A stretch of 42,423 nucleotides of DNA from Candidatus Saccharimonadales bacterium (GCA_038326785.1 JBBQKK010000002.1:1-42423), one strand, 5' to 3'; positions 1 to 8,313 are shown, numbered from the stretch's first letter. Made by a program: numbers and translations. The notes: a model not told the origin generated them from the letters alone.

Positions 1-31
1 TATCTGTTAGTCTTTTAACGAAGATAAATGC

Positions 32-90
32 GGGCTCGTGGTGTAGAGGCCCGGGCATCTTCCTGTCACGGAGGAGATCGCCGGTTCAGA
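32..90 (+). pseudogene. Degenerate 5' two-thirds of a tRNA-Asp(GTC) gene, broken in the T-loop
   Basis: The first 20 nt and a 24-nt block (TGTCACGGAGGAGATCGCCGGTTC) are identical to the intact tRNA-Asp at 218-294. The D-loop and anticodon-stem 5' strand have diverged. Homology ends inside the T-loop (TTCAGA|TAATTG) and no contiguous 3' acceptor strand follows. Confidence 0.6.
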
Positions 91-179
91 TAATTGAAGC
101 GATTATCGACAATTATATGCCGAGCCCGAGATTGCCAAGTCTTATAATAGATAAAAGGCAATCCCGGAGTGAAGCTATT

Positions 180-189
180 ATCCGGTCGG
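180..189 (+). repeat. Isolated tRNA-Asp T-loop/acceptor piece ATCCGGTCGG
   Basis: The same 10-mer occurs inside the intact tRNA-Asp (277-286) and at 365-374. Here it is followed directly by AAATTAACAATTT, not by the rest of the acceptor stem. Confidence 0.55.
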
Positions 190-217
190 AAATTAACAAT
201 TTAGAACTTTGACTGTT

Positions 218-294
218 GGGCTCGTGGTGTAGAGGCCTAACATGCCTCCCTGTCACGGAGGAGATCGCCGGTTCGAATCCGGTCGGGCCCGCCA
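218..294 (+). tRNA. tRNA-Asp (anticodon GTC)
   Basis: The cloverleaf folds by eye: acceptor GGGCTCG/CGGGCCC, anticodon arm CCTCC-CTGTCAC-GGAGG, T arm GCCGG-TTCGAAT-CCGGT, G73 and an encoded CCA. Confidence 0.93.
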
Positions 295-330
295 GTCAAA
301 GCGCTAAATAAATCTTCAAAAGCTCACGCA

Positions 331-380
331 GGATTTTACTCCGAGTAAGATTGCTGAAGTAACCATCCGGTCGGACCCCA
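331..380 (+). repeat. Conserved junction motif (GGATTTTACTCCGAGTAAGATTGCTGAAGTAACC) fused to a displaced tRNA-Asp 3' fragment (ATCCGGTCGGACCCCA)
   Basis: The motif is near-identical to 8565-8598 next to tRNA-Val. The fragment repeats the T-loop-to-3'-end part of tRNA-Asp with two differences and is followed by a T-run. Confidence 0.7.
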
Positions 381-441
381 TTTTTTGTTGTGGATTGGTT
401 CATCTGCGTTTAATATAGTAAAAAGGATAAACATCCATACT

Positions 442-1191
442 ATGGAAAATAAAGAATTAACGCCACAGAATGATACAAGCACACAACCTGCTGCACGGAC
501 CTTATCAGCAGGGGAGAAAGTCATTGAACCCCTTACGCCGGGCTTAAGTATTGAGATGCCGACAGCAACAGAATCTGCTAGTAGCCGTGCCACCGCCGCA
601 ATGCCCATACGTACACAACCGCCAGTCACACCTAATGCAAATCTGCATATTAGTAGTTCAGGTAATGCATTCTTAACGGGTTCGCAAATAGCAGCCGAAA
701 AGAAGAAATTACCTGTAGGTGTATACGTGATCGCGGCCATAAGCTTATTTGGTTTTATCACCGGTTTTATTGACGGCTCACAGACGGGAACAATGTATAC
801 CGTTCTTTTATTTGTTAACCTGTTTTTAGCAATAGGGCTTATATTACGCTTAAATTGGGCGAGGAAATTTATGGTTGTGTTGTCCGCGCTTCTCTTGGTG
901 CTTGCAGCGGGGAGCCTACTATCGTTGGTTGGCTTACAGAGTCGGATGCAACAGAGAAAGGCAGATTATGAAGCCGCTGTCAGTCGCATCGACCAGAACC
1001 GGCTATCACCTTCAGAAAAGAAAACACTGGAAACTACTAGGGAATCTATAGCAAGCGCGGAAAAGCAAACAGGGAATTCGATTGCTGTTACGTATTTTCG
1101 CCTGGGAGGGTCCGTTATTGTGGCGCTGGCCATTATCGTATATCTTACTCGGCCCAATGTTAAAGACATATTCGACAGTTCAGAGGCATAA
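442..1191 (+). CDS. Hypothetical integral membrane protein
   Basis: From ORF 385..1191. I prefer the ATG at 442 because the TTG at 385 lies immediately after the tRNA-fragment repeat (331-380) and its T-run. It has a Thr/Pro/Ala-rich N-terminus followed by several hydrophobic helices. No family recognised. Confidence 0.6.
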   Translation: MENKELTPQNDTSTQPAARTLSAGEKVIEPLTPGLSIEMPTATESASSRATAAMPIRTQPPVTPNANLHISSSGNAFLTGSQIAAEKKKLPVGVYVIAAISLFGFITGFIDGSQTGTMYTVLLFVNLFLAIGLILRLNWARKFMVVLSALLLVLAAGSLLSLVGLQSRMQQRKADYEAAVSRIDQNRLSPSEKKTLETTRESIASAEKQTGNSIAVTYFRLGGSVIVALAIIVYLTRPNVKDIFDSSEA

Positions 1192-1351
1192 TTCAGCCCA
1201 GATAATTTTTAGTTCCCTCCAGCGTAAGTAGCCTAAAAAACTTTTTGTGGGTAACTAACTCTCATCCATTCATGCGTTTTAACAGCAGTGAATGTACTTA
1301 AATGAATGAATAGTTTATATTAATGCTAAAGGTAATAAAGGTAACAAAAAA

Positions 1352-2575
1352 ATGGCACCAAACGAAGAACAGGCAACTCCTGGGCCGCAGAGCCCGGCAG
1401 GCCAATTAACTAGTGTTCCGGTCAACGATATAAATAAGGAGGCCACCACGATGCCGCAACCCTTTTCGGGGCCTCAAGTGGTTGGACCTCAGGCGCCTGT
1501 CGGGCAGCCCGCGTCAGTTGTTGCAATTCCTGAGCCTGCAGCGTATGCGCCTGCAGCACCCCAGGTTCAAACGGTGCCTGCTGCCTATGCACCCGTTCCA
1601 GGCTTCTCTAATCCGGCAGTAGAGCAGTCTGCACCAAAAACAAACGCGGGGGTGATAATCCTGGAGTGGCTAACTTATGCATTCTGGGGGTGGACAGTTC
1701 TGGCGTTATCGGCGCTAACGGCTACTGTATTGGCCAGCTTCATCGCAGATGCAGATACATCTGGTTTTACACCTTACGGCATCGCGGCGGTACTCGTATT
1801 GCTGCCGATCTCGTTTATTACCGATTTCTTTTACTCTAAAAAAGAGTCACAGAAAAAAGCCGGGGCAGAGATGTTGGTTATGATTATCCATGCCGTTCTT
1901 TTTGCGCTGTTTGGGATCGGTGCTTTGATAGGGGCGGTTTTCGCAACGGTCCAACTTATGACCAGTAGTGCCGATACGGCCGGCGTACAGGTCGGTCTTT
2001 ATAGCTGTCTCATCATATCGGTATATTATGCGATGACATTTTTGAGGACATTGAATCCAGCACGACTGGCTAATGTGCAGAAATTTTTTAAATTTGCCAT
2101 GCTGGCCACCGTTGGCCTAATCGTTATCTTGGCTATTGTTGGGCCAGTTTCTCAGGAAATGAGCAGAAGAGACGATAAGCTGATAGAGGCGGGGATAGGT
2201 GATTTGTCTCGAACGATAAACAATTATGCGCAGGAAAACGAAGATCTACCAAAGGATCTGAATCAGCTGACTCTATCGGGAGACGAAAAGAAGATGGTAG
2301 AGAAGGGCTTGATTGAGTACAAGCGTGAGGCCGCGGTAACGATAGGTACCAGCCGGTCGTCTACTGTCGGAACTTCCTCGAGGTTTCAACAGGCGAACAA
2401 TCAGCGGGTCGAGTATCGCTACCAACTTTGTGCCAATTATGCTAAAGAGTCTCGGGGTTACGAAAAGTACTACTCGTCCAGAGCGGAACGAAACGGCGAA
2501 TACGATACATATGTGTCGGCATATTCTCATCCGGCTGGAGAGGTCTGCTACAAACTTAAGTCTTCGAGCTATTGA
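1352..2575 (+). CDS. Hypothetical polytopic membrane protein with a Pro/Ala/Gln-rich N-terminus and a C-terminal soluble domain
   Basis: A 407-aa ORF with about 6 hydrophobic segments and a C-terminal domain containing two Cys. No family recognised. Confidence 0.65.
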   Translation: MAPNEEQATPGPQSPAGQLTSVPVNDINKEATTMPQPFSGPQVVGPQAPVGQPASVVAIPEPAAYAPAAPQVQTVPAAYAPVPGFSNPAVEQSAPKTNAGVIILEWLTYAFWGWTVLALSALTATVLASFIADADTSGFTPYGIAAVLVLLPISFITDFFYSKKESQKKAGAEMLVMIIHAVLFALFGIGALIGAVFATVQLMTSSADTAGVQVGLYSCLIISVYYAMTFLRTLNPARLANVQKFFKFAMLATVGLIVILAIVGPVSQEMSRRDDKLIEAGIGDLSRTINNYAQENEDLPKDLNQLTLSGDEKKMVEKGLIEYKREAAVTIGTSRSSTVGTSSRFQQANNQRVEYRYQLCANYAKESRGYEKYYSSRAERNGEYDTYVSAYSHPAGEVCYKLKSSSY

Positions 2576-2772
2576 TCATAGGCGTTCAGCCTTAAAATCA
2601 CGTGCCGTTTCTTGATGATTTATTCATCGTATAAAGTCGTCTGAATATATCTGCCCGGCGTAGTAGATGTCGGCCTCGGACTAAACAAACCAGTGGTTTG
2701 TGATTAATCTCATTGTTCATATGCTTACCGAGCCCGTACGCTTGAGAAACAATAAGCATGAAGGGGGATGGC

Positions 2773-3333
2773 ATGAGCAAAAAATTATCCGGGATGCGAA
2801 TCGCAATTTTGGCAACCGATATGGTAGAAGAGATTGAGTTAGTGGAACCGCGACTAGCACTGGAACGTGCTGGCGCTGAAACAGATTTAATAGCTCCGCA
2901 TGACGGGGAAATCCTCAGTGCTAATCATTACGACAAAAGCGAGGCATACCCCGTAGATGCCACCCTCGAGGAAGTAGATGATATTGATTACGATGCAGTA
3001 TTGCTACCCGGCGGCACTATGAATGCTGATTTTATGCGAACTCATCCGCGAGCACAGCAGTTTGTTCAAGCTATGGATGAAGCGGGGAAGCCGATTGCTG
3101 TTATTTGCCATGGCGCGTGGCTACTTGTGTCGGCGGGCTTGGTTGACGGCCGCACGCTCACTAGTTACCACACACTCTCAGATGACATCATTAATGCTGG
3201 TGGAGACTGGGTAGATAAGCCGGTTGTCGAAGATGAGAACTGGGTAAGTAGTCGCAAACCCGACGATATACCAGCGTTCAACGAGTCGATGGTTACTTTA
3301 TTTGCACAAATTCACCATAGCTTAGCCGTGTAA
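2773..3333 (+). CDS. DJ-1/PfpI family protein (class I glutamine amidotransferase-like fold)
   Basis: It has the KPIAVICHGAWLL nucleophile-elbow motif, the LLPGG motif and a typical size (~186 aa). The ATG at 2773 follows AAGGGGGA; the ORF track starts it at 2758. Confidence 0.85.
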   Translation: MSKKLSGMRIAILATDMVEEIELVEPRLALERAGAETDLIAPHDGEILSANHYDKSEAYPVDATLEEVDDIDYDAVLLPGGTMNADFMRTHPRAQQFVQAMDEAGKPIAVICHGAWLLVSAGLVDGRTLTSYHTLSDDIINAGGDWVDKPVVEDENWVSSRKPDDIPAFNESMVTLFAQIHHSLAV

Positions 3334-3446
3334 ATTAGATATCATCGTTGCTAGCTTCGATGGTGACCCGCTGTAATGTTGACTAAATGTCTAACAAATA
3401 GCATTACCACTTTACACAATGACACATTTGTGCTACTATGTTGTAA

Positions 3447-5261
3447 ATGTCAGAAATACAAAAAGATCATACGGTAAACAAAATTGTCATGGGGGCTACC
3501 TTGGCCGCTGCAGCACTCACGGGTGCTGCCGCTGAGGCTATGAACGATAGTCCCCAGCAAGAAGCTCATAGCCAACACGAGACTGTAATTGATATTACTG
3601 ATACTTCGGAACAGGTACGACCGGAATTAAGTCAGGCGGAGTCATTAATCCCTCAGCAAAATAATAGGGTAGAGGTTCAGAACGAGAATCCTGTCACGGA
3701 ACAGAATATCACCACCACAAATGAGACCTTACAGATAATTTCCTCTCCTAAAGGCTTACCATCTCTCGATTTCTTGCTTGTACCACAGATTGAGGCAGTA
3801 AAGCCGATAGAGCATGCCGAACCGCCGGTTGTCAAAGTTATCAGTCATCCTGCACCTGAAATATCCACCGAACCAGTCGTAGAGGAACAGCCAGTAGACG
3901 AAAAAGAATCGCTTCAGAGTATCGAATTTCATACCATAGTGCCTCAGGAAGTTTCTGAAATCATGGAACATCGCACCGTTCAGGTGCTAGGTGGCTGTTC
4001 AGGCTTCACCATAGAAGATAAGTCAGGTCAGGCTGCCGGCGTTGCGACCGCTAAGCACTGCGGTCTTAGTGATGGCTACATACATGGCAATGATGGCCAG
4101 ACCTATTTGCCGGTCAGCAGGCCACTAGATATTTACTCAGGAAGCAGTGCCGACGCCATGAGTATCAAGGGCCGTCTTGCCCATGCCTACATTTCTGCTG
4201 AAGACGGCTCAGCGCGAGACTTGGCCATTGGTGTATTAGAGGGCAATAACCCCCAGGATGTTCTGAATATGTATAAGCAGAATTCCTTGTCCTCATCCGA
4301 AATGGCGAACCTGCGCCAAGGTGATGTGATGTACCTGTCTGGATGGCCTGGAGATCAAGATAACAATACGGGAACACGGCGCCGACAAGAATTCGCCATG
4401 ACTGTACTGGGTAGCTCGGAGAAACCACATACGGTCAACAGCCAGAAATATTTGTGGACCGCCATCGAGAGTAACGCTGATGGTGCCGAATGTAGCTTCG
4501 GCAATAGTGGTGGCGAAGCTTTTGTAATTCAAGAATCTGTCAGTAGCGATGGTACGAAGCGACTAATGCCTCGATCTGCGGGAGCCCTAGCATGGTTTTA
4601 TGATTTAGCTGGTGATACCTGGATGGCGGACACCCCAGAATATGGCGCTCAAATGCGTGCAGAATTCGAAACTATGTTTGGAGTAGCACTGCCTGATTCC
4701 ATTACCGCGATATGTGGATTTGCGTATGACACGCCAAGCCCTGAGAACAACGGTATTTTAGTAAAAACCGTTGAAAGTGCCGATCTTATCCCAGGTTATG
4801 AATCGCCAGAGGCTAAAATGAACAAGGCGGCACGCGAACACTTTATGGATCCAAGTACTGAGAAAATGATTGCCGATGGCTACTTCGGTATCGGCGGTGG
4901 CAAAGAAGGATCACTAGTACTCGACCGCGTTTACTTATATTTTAATGCGCAAACCGGTCAGGTTACCGTCGGTTCATACTCGGATGAGGATGAAGGCAAT
5001 CTTCGTCTCGCTACGTATAGCAGCTTGGGCGAAGTGCAGCTGTACGACCGCGATGCCACGCCTGGCATAGAAATCACATCAGTCACCGGGCTACTGACGC
5101 CGGATACCGCGACCAAAAGCTTCATAGCTGCAGACGGGACTGCGGGCATCGGACTTGCTAGATTTATAAATACGGCAGATATAACCAGCGAGCTTTATTA
5201 TCTAGGTATAGCTGAGCCAGGTAAGTTGGCTGCGTACCCTGCGAGCCAGAGTTACAAATAG
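3447..5261 (+). CDS. Secreted trypsin-like (S1 family) serine peptidase-like protein with long N- and C-terminal extensions
   Basis: It has an N-terminal hydrophobic signal/anchor and a candidate triad of TAKHCG (His), ARDLAIGVL (Asp) and GNSGGEAF (Ser). TGcTACTAT lies 7 nt upstream of the ATG and there is no SD. Confidence 0.6.
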   Translation: MSEIQKDHTVNKIVMGATLAAAALTGAAAEAMNDSPQQEAHSQHETVIDITDTSEQVRPELSQAESLIPQQNNRVEVQNENPVTEQNITTTNETLQIISSPKGLPSLDFLLVPQIEAVKPIEHAEPPVVKVISHPAPEISTEPVVEEQPVDEKESLQSIEFHTIVPQEVSEIMEHRTVQVLGGCSGFTIEDKSGQAAGVATAKHCGLSDGYIHGNDGQTYLPVSRPLDIYSGSSADAMSIKGRLAHAYISAEDGSARDLAIGVLEGNNPQDVLNMYKQNSLSSSEMANLRQGDVMYLSGWPGDQDNNTGTRRRQEFAMTVLGSSEKPHTVNSQKYLWTAIESNADGAECSFGNSGGEAFVIQESVSSDGTKRLMPRSAGALAWFYDLAGDTWMADTPEYGAQMRAEFETMFGVALPDSITAICGFAYDTPSPENNGILVKTVESADLIPGYESPEAKMNKAAREHFMDPSTEKMIADGYFGIGGGKEGSLVLDRVYLYFNAQTGQVTVGSYSDEDEGNLRLATYSSLGEVQLYDRDATPGIEITSVTGLLTPDTATKSFIAADGTAGIGLARFINTADITSELYYLGIAEPGKLAAYPASQSYK

Positions 5262-5365
5262 GCTCCGGAGCTTATAGACCCTTTCTAGCATTTAGTCCCA
5301 CAAGTATTAGTATGGATTGCCGAGCTAAGTGGTGTTAGCATATTCAAAGTATATTTGCTGCAAAT

Positions 5366-5441
5366 GCCGTCTTAGCTCAGTTGGTAGAGCGACGCACTCG
5401 TAACGCGTAGGTCACCAGTTCGATCCTGGTAGACGGCTCCA
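5366..5441 (+). tRNA. tRNA-Thr (anticodon CGT)
   Basis: Acceptor GCCGTCT/AGACGGC, anticodon loop CTCGTAA, T arm ACCAG-TTCGATC-CTGGT, U73 and an encoded CCA. Confidence 0.9.
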
Positions 5442-5502
5442 TTGTGTAATTTATTAGCTCAGGCCTTTATACTTTTACCAATTCCATTTAAACTGAATAC
5501 AA

Positions 5503-5859
5503 ATGCATATCCCCAAAAAATATTTTCATGATCGTATTGTTCTGCTGCTGCTAACCGCTAACACCTTTATCGCCATCCTTTTAAGCCTACTTATACTGCT
5601 TCGGCTAGATGGTGGCCGCGCTGATGGCTACATTGTTCAGTACCGGGCTAACTTAGGCCTGAGCGGGTTTAGGACTGGAAGTTCAACCACGCTCGTTAGC
5701 TTTATCGTTTTTGCAGCTGTAGTGCTCGTATTGAACACCGTTTTAAGTATCCGGGTCTATCACGTTCGTCGCTACTTGGCCGTGGCTGTGCTTACTATGG
5801 CCTCGCTTTTGCTGGTAATGACATTGATTGTTAGTAACGCGCTATTGGTTATACGATAA
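5503..5859 (+). CDS. Small integral membrane protein, coupled to the downstream glycosyltransferase
   Basis: 118 aa with 3-4 hydrophobic helices. Its stop is 2 nt before the next ATG (5862). Confidence 0.65.
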   Translation: MHIPKKYFHDRIVLLLLTANTFIAILLSLLILLRLDGGRADGYIVQYRANLGLSGFRTGSSTTLVSFIVFAAVVLVLNTVLSIRVYHVRRYLAVAVLTMASLLLVMTLIVSNALLVIR

Positions 5860-5861
5860 TT

Positions 5862-7469
5862 ATGAAAAGTATTGAAATTCCTTATGTAGAAGAGCGCGGC
5901 CGAAGATACCGGTTTTTTGAGATGCTCCCAGGGCTTATAAGCTGGAGTGTGCTGTCGCTACCGTTCGTACTGAGTGTGGTGAGTCCGTTGGCCTGTATAT
6001 TCTTCATTATTAGCTATCTACTCTTGTGGTTTACGAAAGCAATGGGACTGAATATACGATCGCTTCATGGGTATCGGATGCTGCAACAGCATCAGAAGTT
6101 GCCATGGCTCAAGATGTTGGGTGATTTAGAGAAGGGCAGTGTTTCTGCGGCTGGCGATTTACCAAAGTGGCACACCGAAAATATTAATCGTCTGCAGGAG
6201 ATCCCAGCCGGCATAAAGCCTAACGAAGTTATACATGCGCTGTTTATTGCTACATACAACGAGAGCAGGGAAATACTAGAGCCCACTTTTAAGGCTATTA
6301 TCGATTCAGATTACGACCTAAAGCAGGTGATTGTGGTGCTCGCCTTTGAGGAGCGGGGTGGAGACGACGTAGAGAAGTTGGCGGGTGAGCTGGTAGAGGA
6401 GTACAAGGGACACTTCATGCACACAATGGCCGTGAAACATCCTAAAGATATTCCGGGTGAAGTAATTGGTAAGGGTGGAAATATAACCTACGCCGGCCGA
6501 CGATTTGCAGAATGGCTAGATAAAGCAGGCGTGGATCCACTGCGAGTGGTGGTAACAACGCTCGATGCTGACAACAAGCCGCACAAACAGTATCTTCCGG
6601 CCCTGTCTTATCTGTACTGCGTAGCACCAGATCCAGTGCATGTATCGTTTCAGCCAATTCCGATGTATACCAGCAATATCTGGGATGTTCCGGCGCCGAT
6701 GCGCGTGATTGCGACAGGAAATACGTTCTGGAACGTAGTGTTAAGCGTTCGGCCGCATATGATTCGAAACTTTGCTTCGCATGCACAGAGTATGAGGGCG
6801 TTGATTGACACTGACTTTTGGAGCGTACGAACCATTGTCGAGGACGGCCACCAATTCTGGCGGACGTATTTCCGTTTTGACGGTAACCACGATGTGTATC
6901 CAATTTATGTGCCTATTTACCAGGATGCAGTTCTGTCTACTACTTTATTAAAGACACTGCGGGCGCAGTTTGTTCAGCTTCGTCGCTGGGCTTGGGGTGC
7001 CTCTGATATTGCATACGTGGCAGAGAAAGGGTTCTTCACAAAGAACGACGTGCCAAAGCTAGACCTTATTTTCAAATTTGCGAGACTAGTCGAAGGACAT
7101 ATTAGCTGGGCAACTGCACCGCTTATACTGGCATTTGCTGCGTTCATCCCTCAGTTAATCAATAATGATGACTTTGCGGCTAATCAGCTTCCGCATATCG
7201 CTAGTAGCATTCAGACGGTGGCCTTAACGGGAATTACTATCACGCTGTTTCTGAGCCTCAAGTTATTGCCGCCAAAACCTGCACGATATAAGCACCATCG
7301 CTCGCTGTTTATGGTGCTTCAGTGGGTGTTGCTGCCTGTGACCACGGTCTGTTATAACTCGCTCTCAGCACTGAACTCACAGACTCGGCTAATGTTTGGC
7401 CGTTACTTAGGCAAATTCGATGTAACGGATAAAGCGGTAGTTACCGATGACAAGGGCAAGGTTCTTTAG
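5862..7469 (+). CDS. Processive family-2 glycosyltransferase (cellulose/chitin/hyaluronan-synthase-like), membrane-embedded
   Basis: All four motifs appear in order: ATYNES, TLDADNKP (DxD), IVEDGHQ (TED-like) and QLRRWAWG (QxxRW). TM helices lie at both ends. Confidence 0.8.
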   Translation: MKSIEIPYVEERGRRYRFFEMLPGLISWSVLSLPFVLSVVSPLACIFFIISYLLLWFTKAMGLNIRSLHGYRMLQQHQKLPWLKMLGDLEKGSVSAAGDLPKWHTENINRLQEIPAGIKPNEVIHALFIATYNESREILEPTFKAIIDSDYDLKQVIVVLAFEERGGDDVEKLAGELVEEYKGHFMHTMAVKHPKDIPGEVIGKGGNITYAGRRFAEWLDKAGVDPLRVVVTTLDADNKPHKQYLPALSYLYCVAPDPVHVSFQPIPMYTSNIWDVPAPMRVIATGNTFWNVVLSVRPHMIRNFASHAQSMRALIDTDFWSVRTIVEDGHQFWRTYFRFDGNHDVYPIYVPIYQDAVLSTTLLKTLRAQFVQLRRWAWGASDIAYVAEKGFFTKNDVPKLDLIFKFARLVEGHISWATAPLILAFAAFIPQLINNDDFAANQLPHIASSIQTVALTGITITLFLSLKLLPPKPARYKHHRSLFMVLQWVLLPVTTVCYNSLSALNSQTRLMFGRYLGKFDVTDKAVVTDDKGKVL

Positions 7470-7871
7470 CTACACCTTGTGAAAAGCGGTGTACTGTACG
7501 TGCGCAGCATAATCAAACCGCTTTAGCGTTCCGGCACTGACCTCCACAATTTGATCGCGCATGATTGATGCACTGTCGATAGATACAAGCAGCTGACTAA
7601 TAATAGTTGCCGTAAGGGCTGTAGCAGCCTGTACAGCGTCTTTTCTGTGTCGAAGGCAATCGTAGACGCTCAAGAGCAATTTTTCGCGTTGAAACGGCTC
7701 TTGTGCATTATTTTTCTGTACAAGTAGTGAAGTGGCGAGATCGGCGGATTCTGTAGTCGTAAAAATATTGTCGCAATTTAAGCATTCCCGTCGGCGCCAA
7801 ATCTGGTTAGCCCGCTTCTGCGGCCTGGAGTTGTTTACGCGGGTGTTGCCACCACAATATATGCATACCAT
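7470..7871 (-). CDS. nrdR: Transcriptional repressor NrdR
   Basis: MVCIYCGGNTRVNNSRPQKRANQIWRRRECLNCDNIFTTTE is the NrdR zinc ribbon, followed by an ATP-cone-like region. I prefer the internal ATG at 7871; the ORF track extends it to 7976. Confidence 0.85.
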   Translation of the reverse strand: MVCIYCGGNTRVNNSRPQKRANQIWRRRECLNCDNIFTTTESADLATSLLVQKNNAQEPFQREKLLLSVYDCLRHRKDAVQAATALTATIISQLLVSIDSASIMRDQIVEVSAGTLKRFDYAAHVQYTAFHKV

Positions 7872-7968
7872 GACAACATATTGACATACGGCAAGGAAAA
7901 ACGCTAGTGGATAACTGTGGGAAAAGTGCGTATAACTGCGGATAGAAAGTGCTTCTAAGGTGTTAGCC

Positions 7969-8010
7969 AAAAACAAAAACCCCGGAGATCATATAGACGT
8001 CCGGGGTTTT
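7969..8010. terminator. Hairpin terminator, stronger on the minus strand
   Basis: The stem is CCCCGGA (7980-7986) with TCCGGGG (8000-8006). An A-run on the plus side before it gives a U-run on the minus strand, and TTTT follows it. Confidence 0.6.
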
Positions 8011-8158
8011 CCACCCACCTAACTACTAGAAGTAGTCGGACGGGTGCGTCGTATTCGACTTATTACATTCTTGGGGGACATAACCTCTTCGTAGAAAAGC
8101 TTAAAATCCTCCAAGGACGCGTTATTGGTACTCAAACTCTGAGCGCCTCCCAATTAAC
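7969..8158 (-). ncRNA. Candidate ~190-nt small RNA bounded by a promoter and a terminator (unknown family)
   Basis: On the minus strand, TTGACT, a 17-nt spacer and TATCAT lie at 8193-8165, and the terminator is at 7969-8010. Only a 20-codon ORF without a proper SD lies inside. Confidence 0.3.
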
Positions 8159-8286
8159 ACGCTTATGATAACACTAAACGGTACAAAAGTCAATATACTG
8201 GAGACAGAACAACAGGGGTAGGGCAATAAAGGAAAGCGTCAGTTCCAATTGCATTTATAACAGATATTCTGTATGCTTGAAGCTGA

Positions 8287-8313
8287 GTTAACAGGGGCGG
8301 TTGGATCATTTGG
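8287..8313 (+). pseudogene. Degenerate duplicate of the tRNA-Val 5' end with its upstream GTTAAC..CAG context
   Basis: GTTAACAG+GGGGCGGTTGGATCATTTGG compares with GTTAACGAATAACAG+GGGGCGATTAGCTCATTTGG at 8377-8411 (17/20 identical in the tRNA part). tRNA likeness is lost after that. Confidence 0.5.

Noticed and set aside
336-1169. Minus-strand ORFs 336..761 and 966..1169
   Set aside because: They are antisense to the membrane-protein gene at 442..1191, with no start signals. The first also overlaps the tRNA-fragment repeat.
8040-8070. tmRNA-like 5' motif (GGGTGCGTCGTATTCGAC resembles GGGG...GGATTCGAC)
   Set aside because: No matching 3' tRNA-like domain (T arm plus a complementary acceptor with G.U and CCA) and no tag-peptide reading frame could be found downstream.
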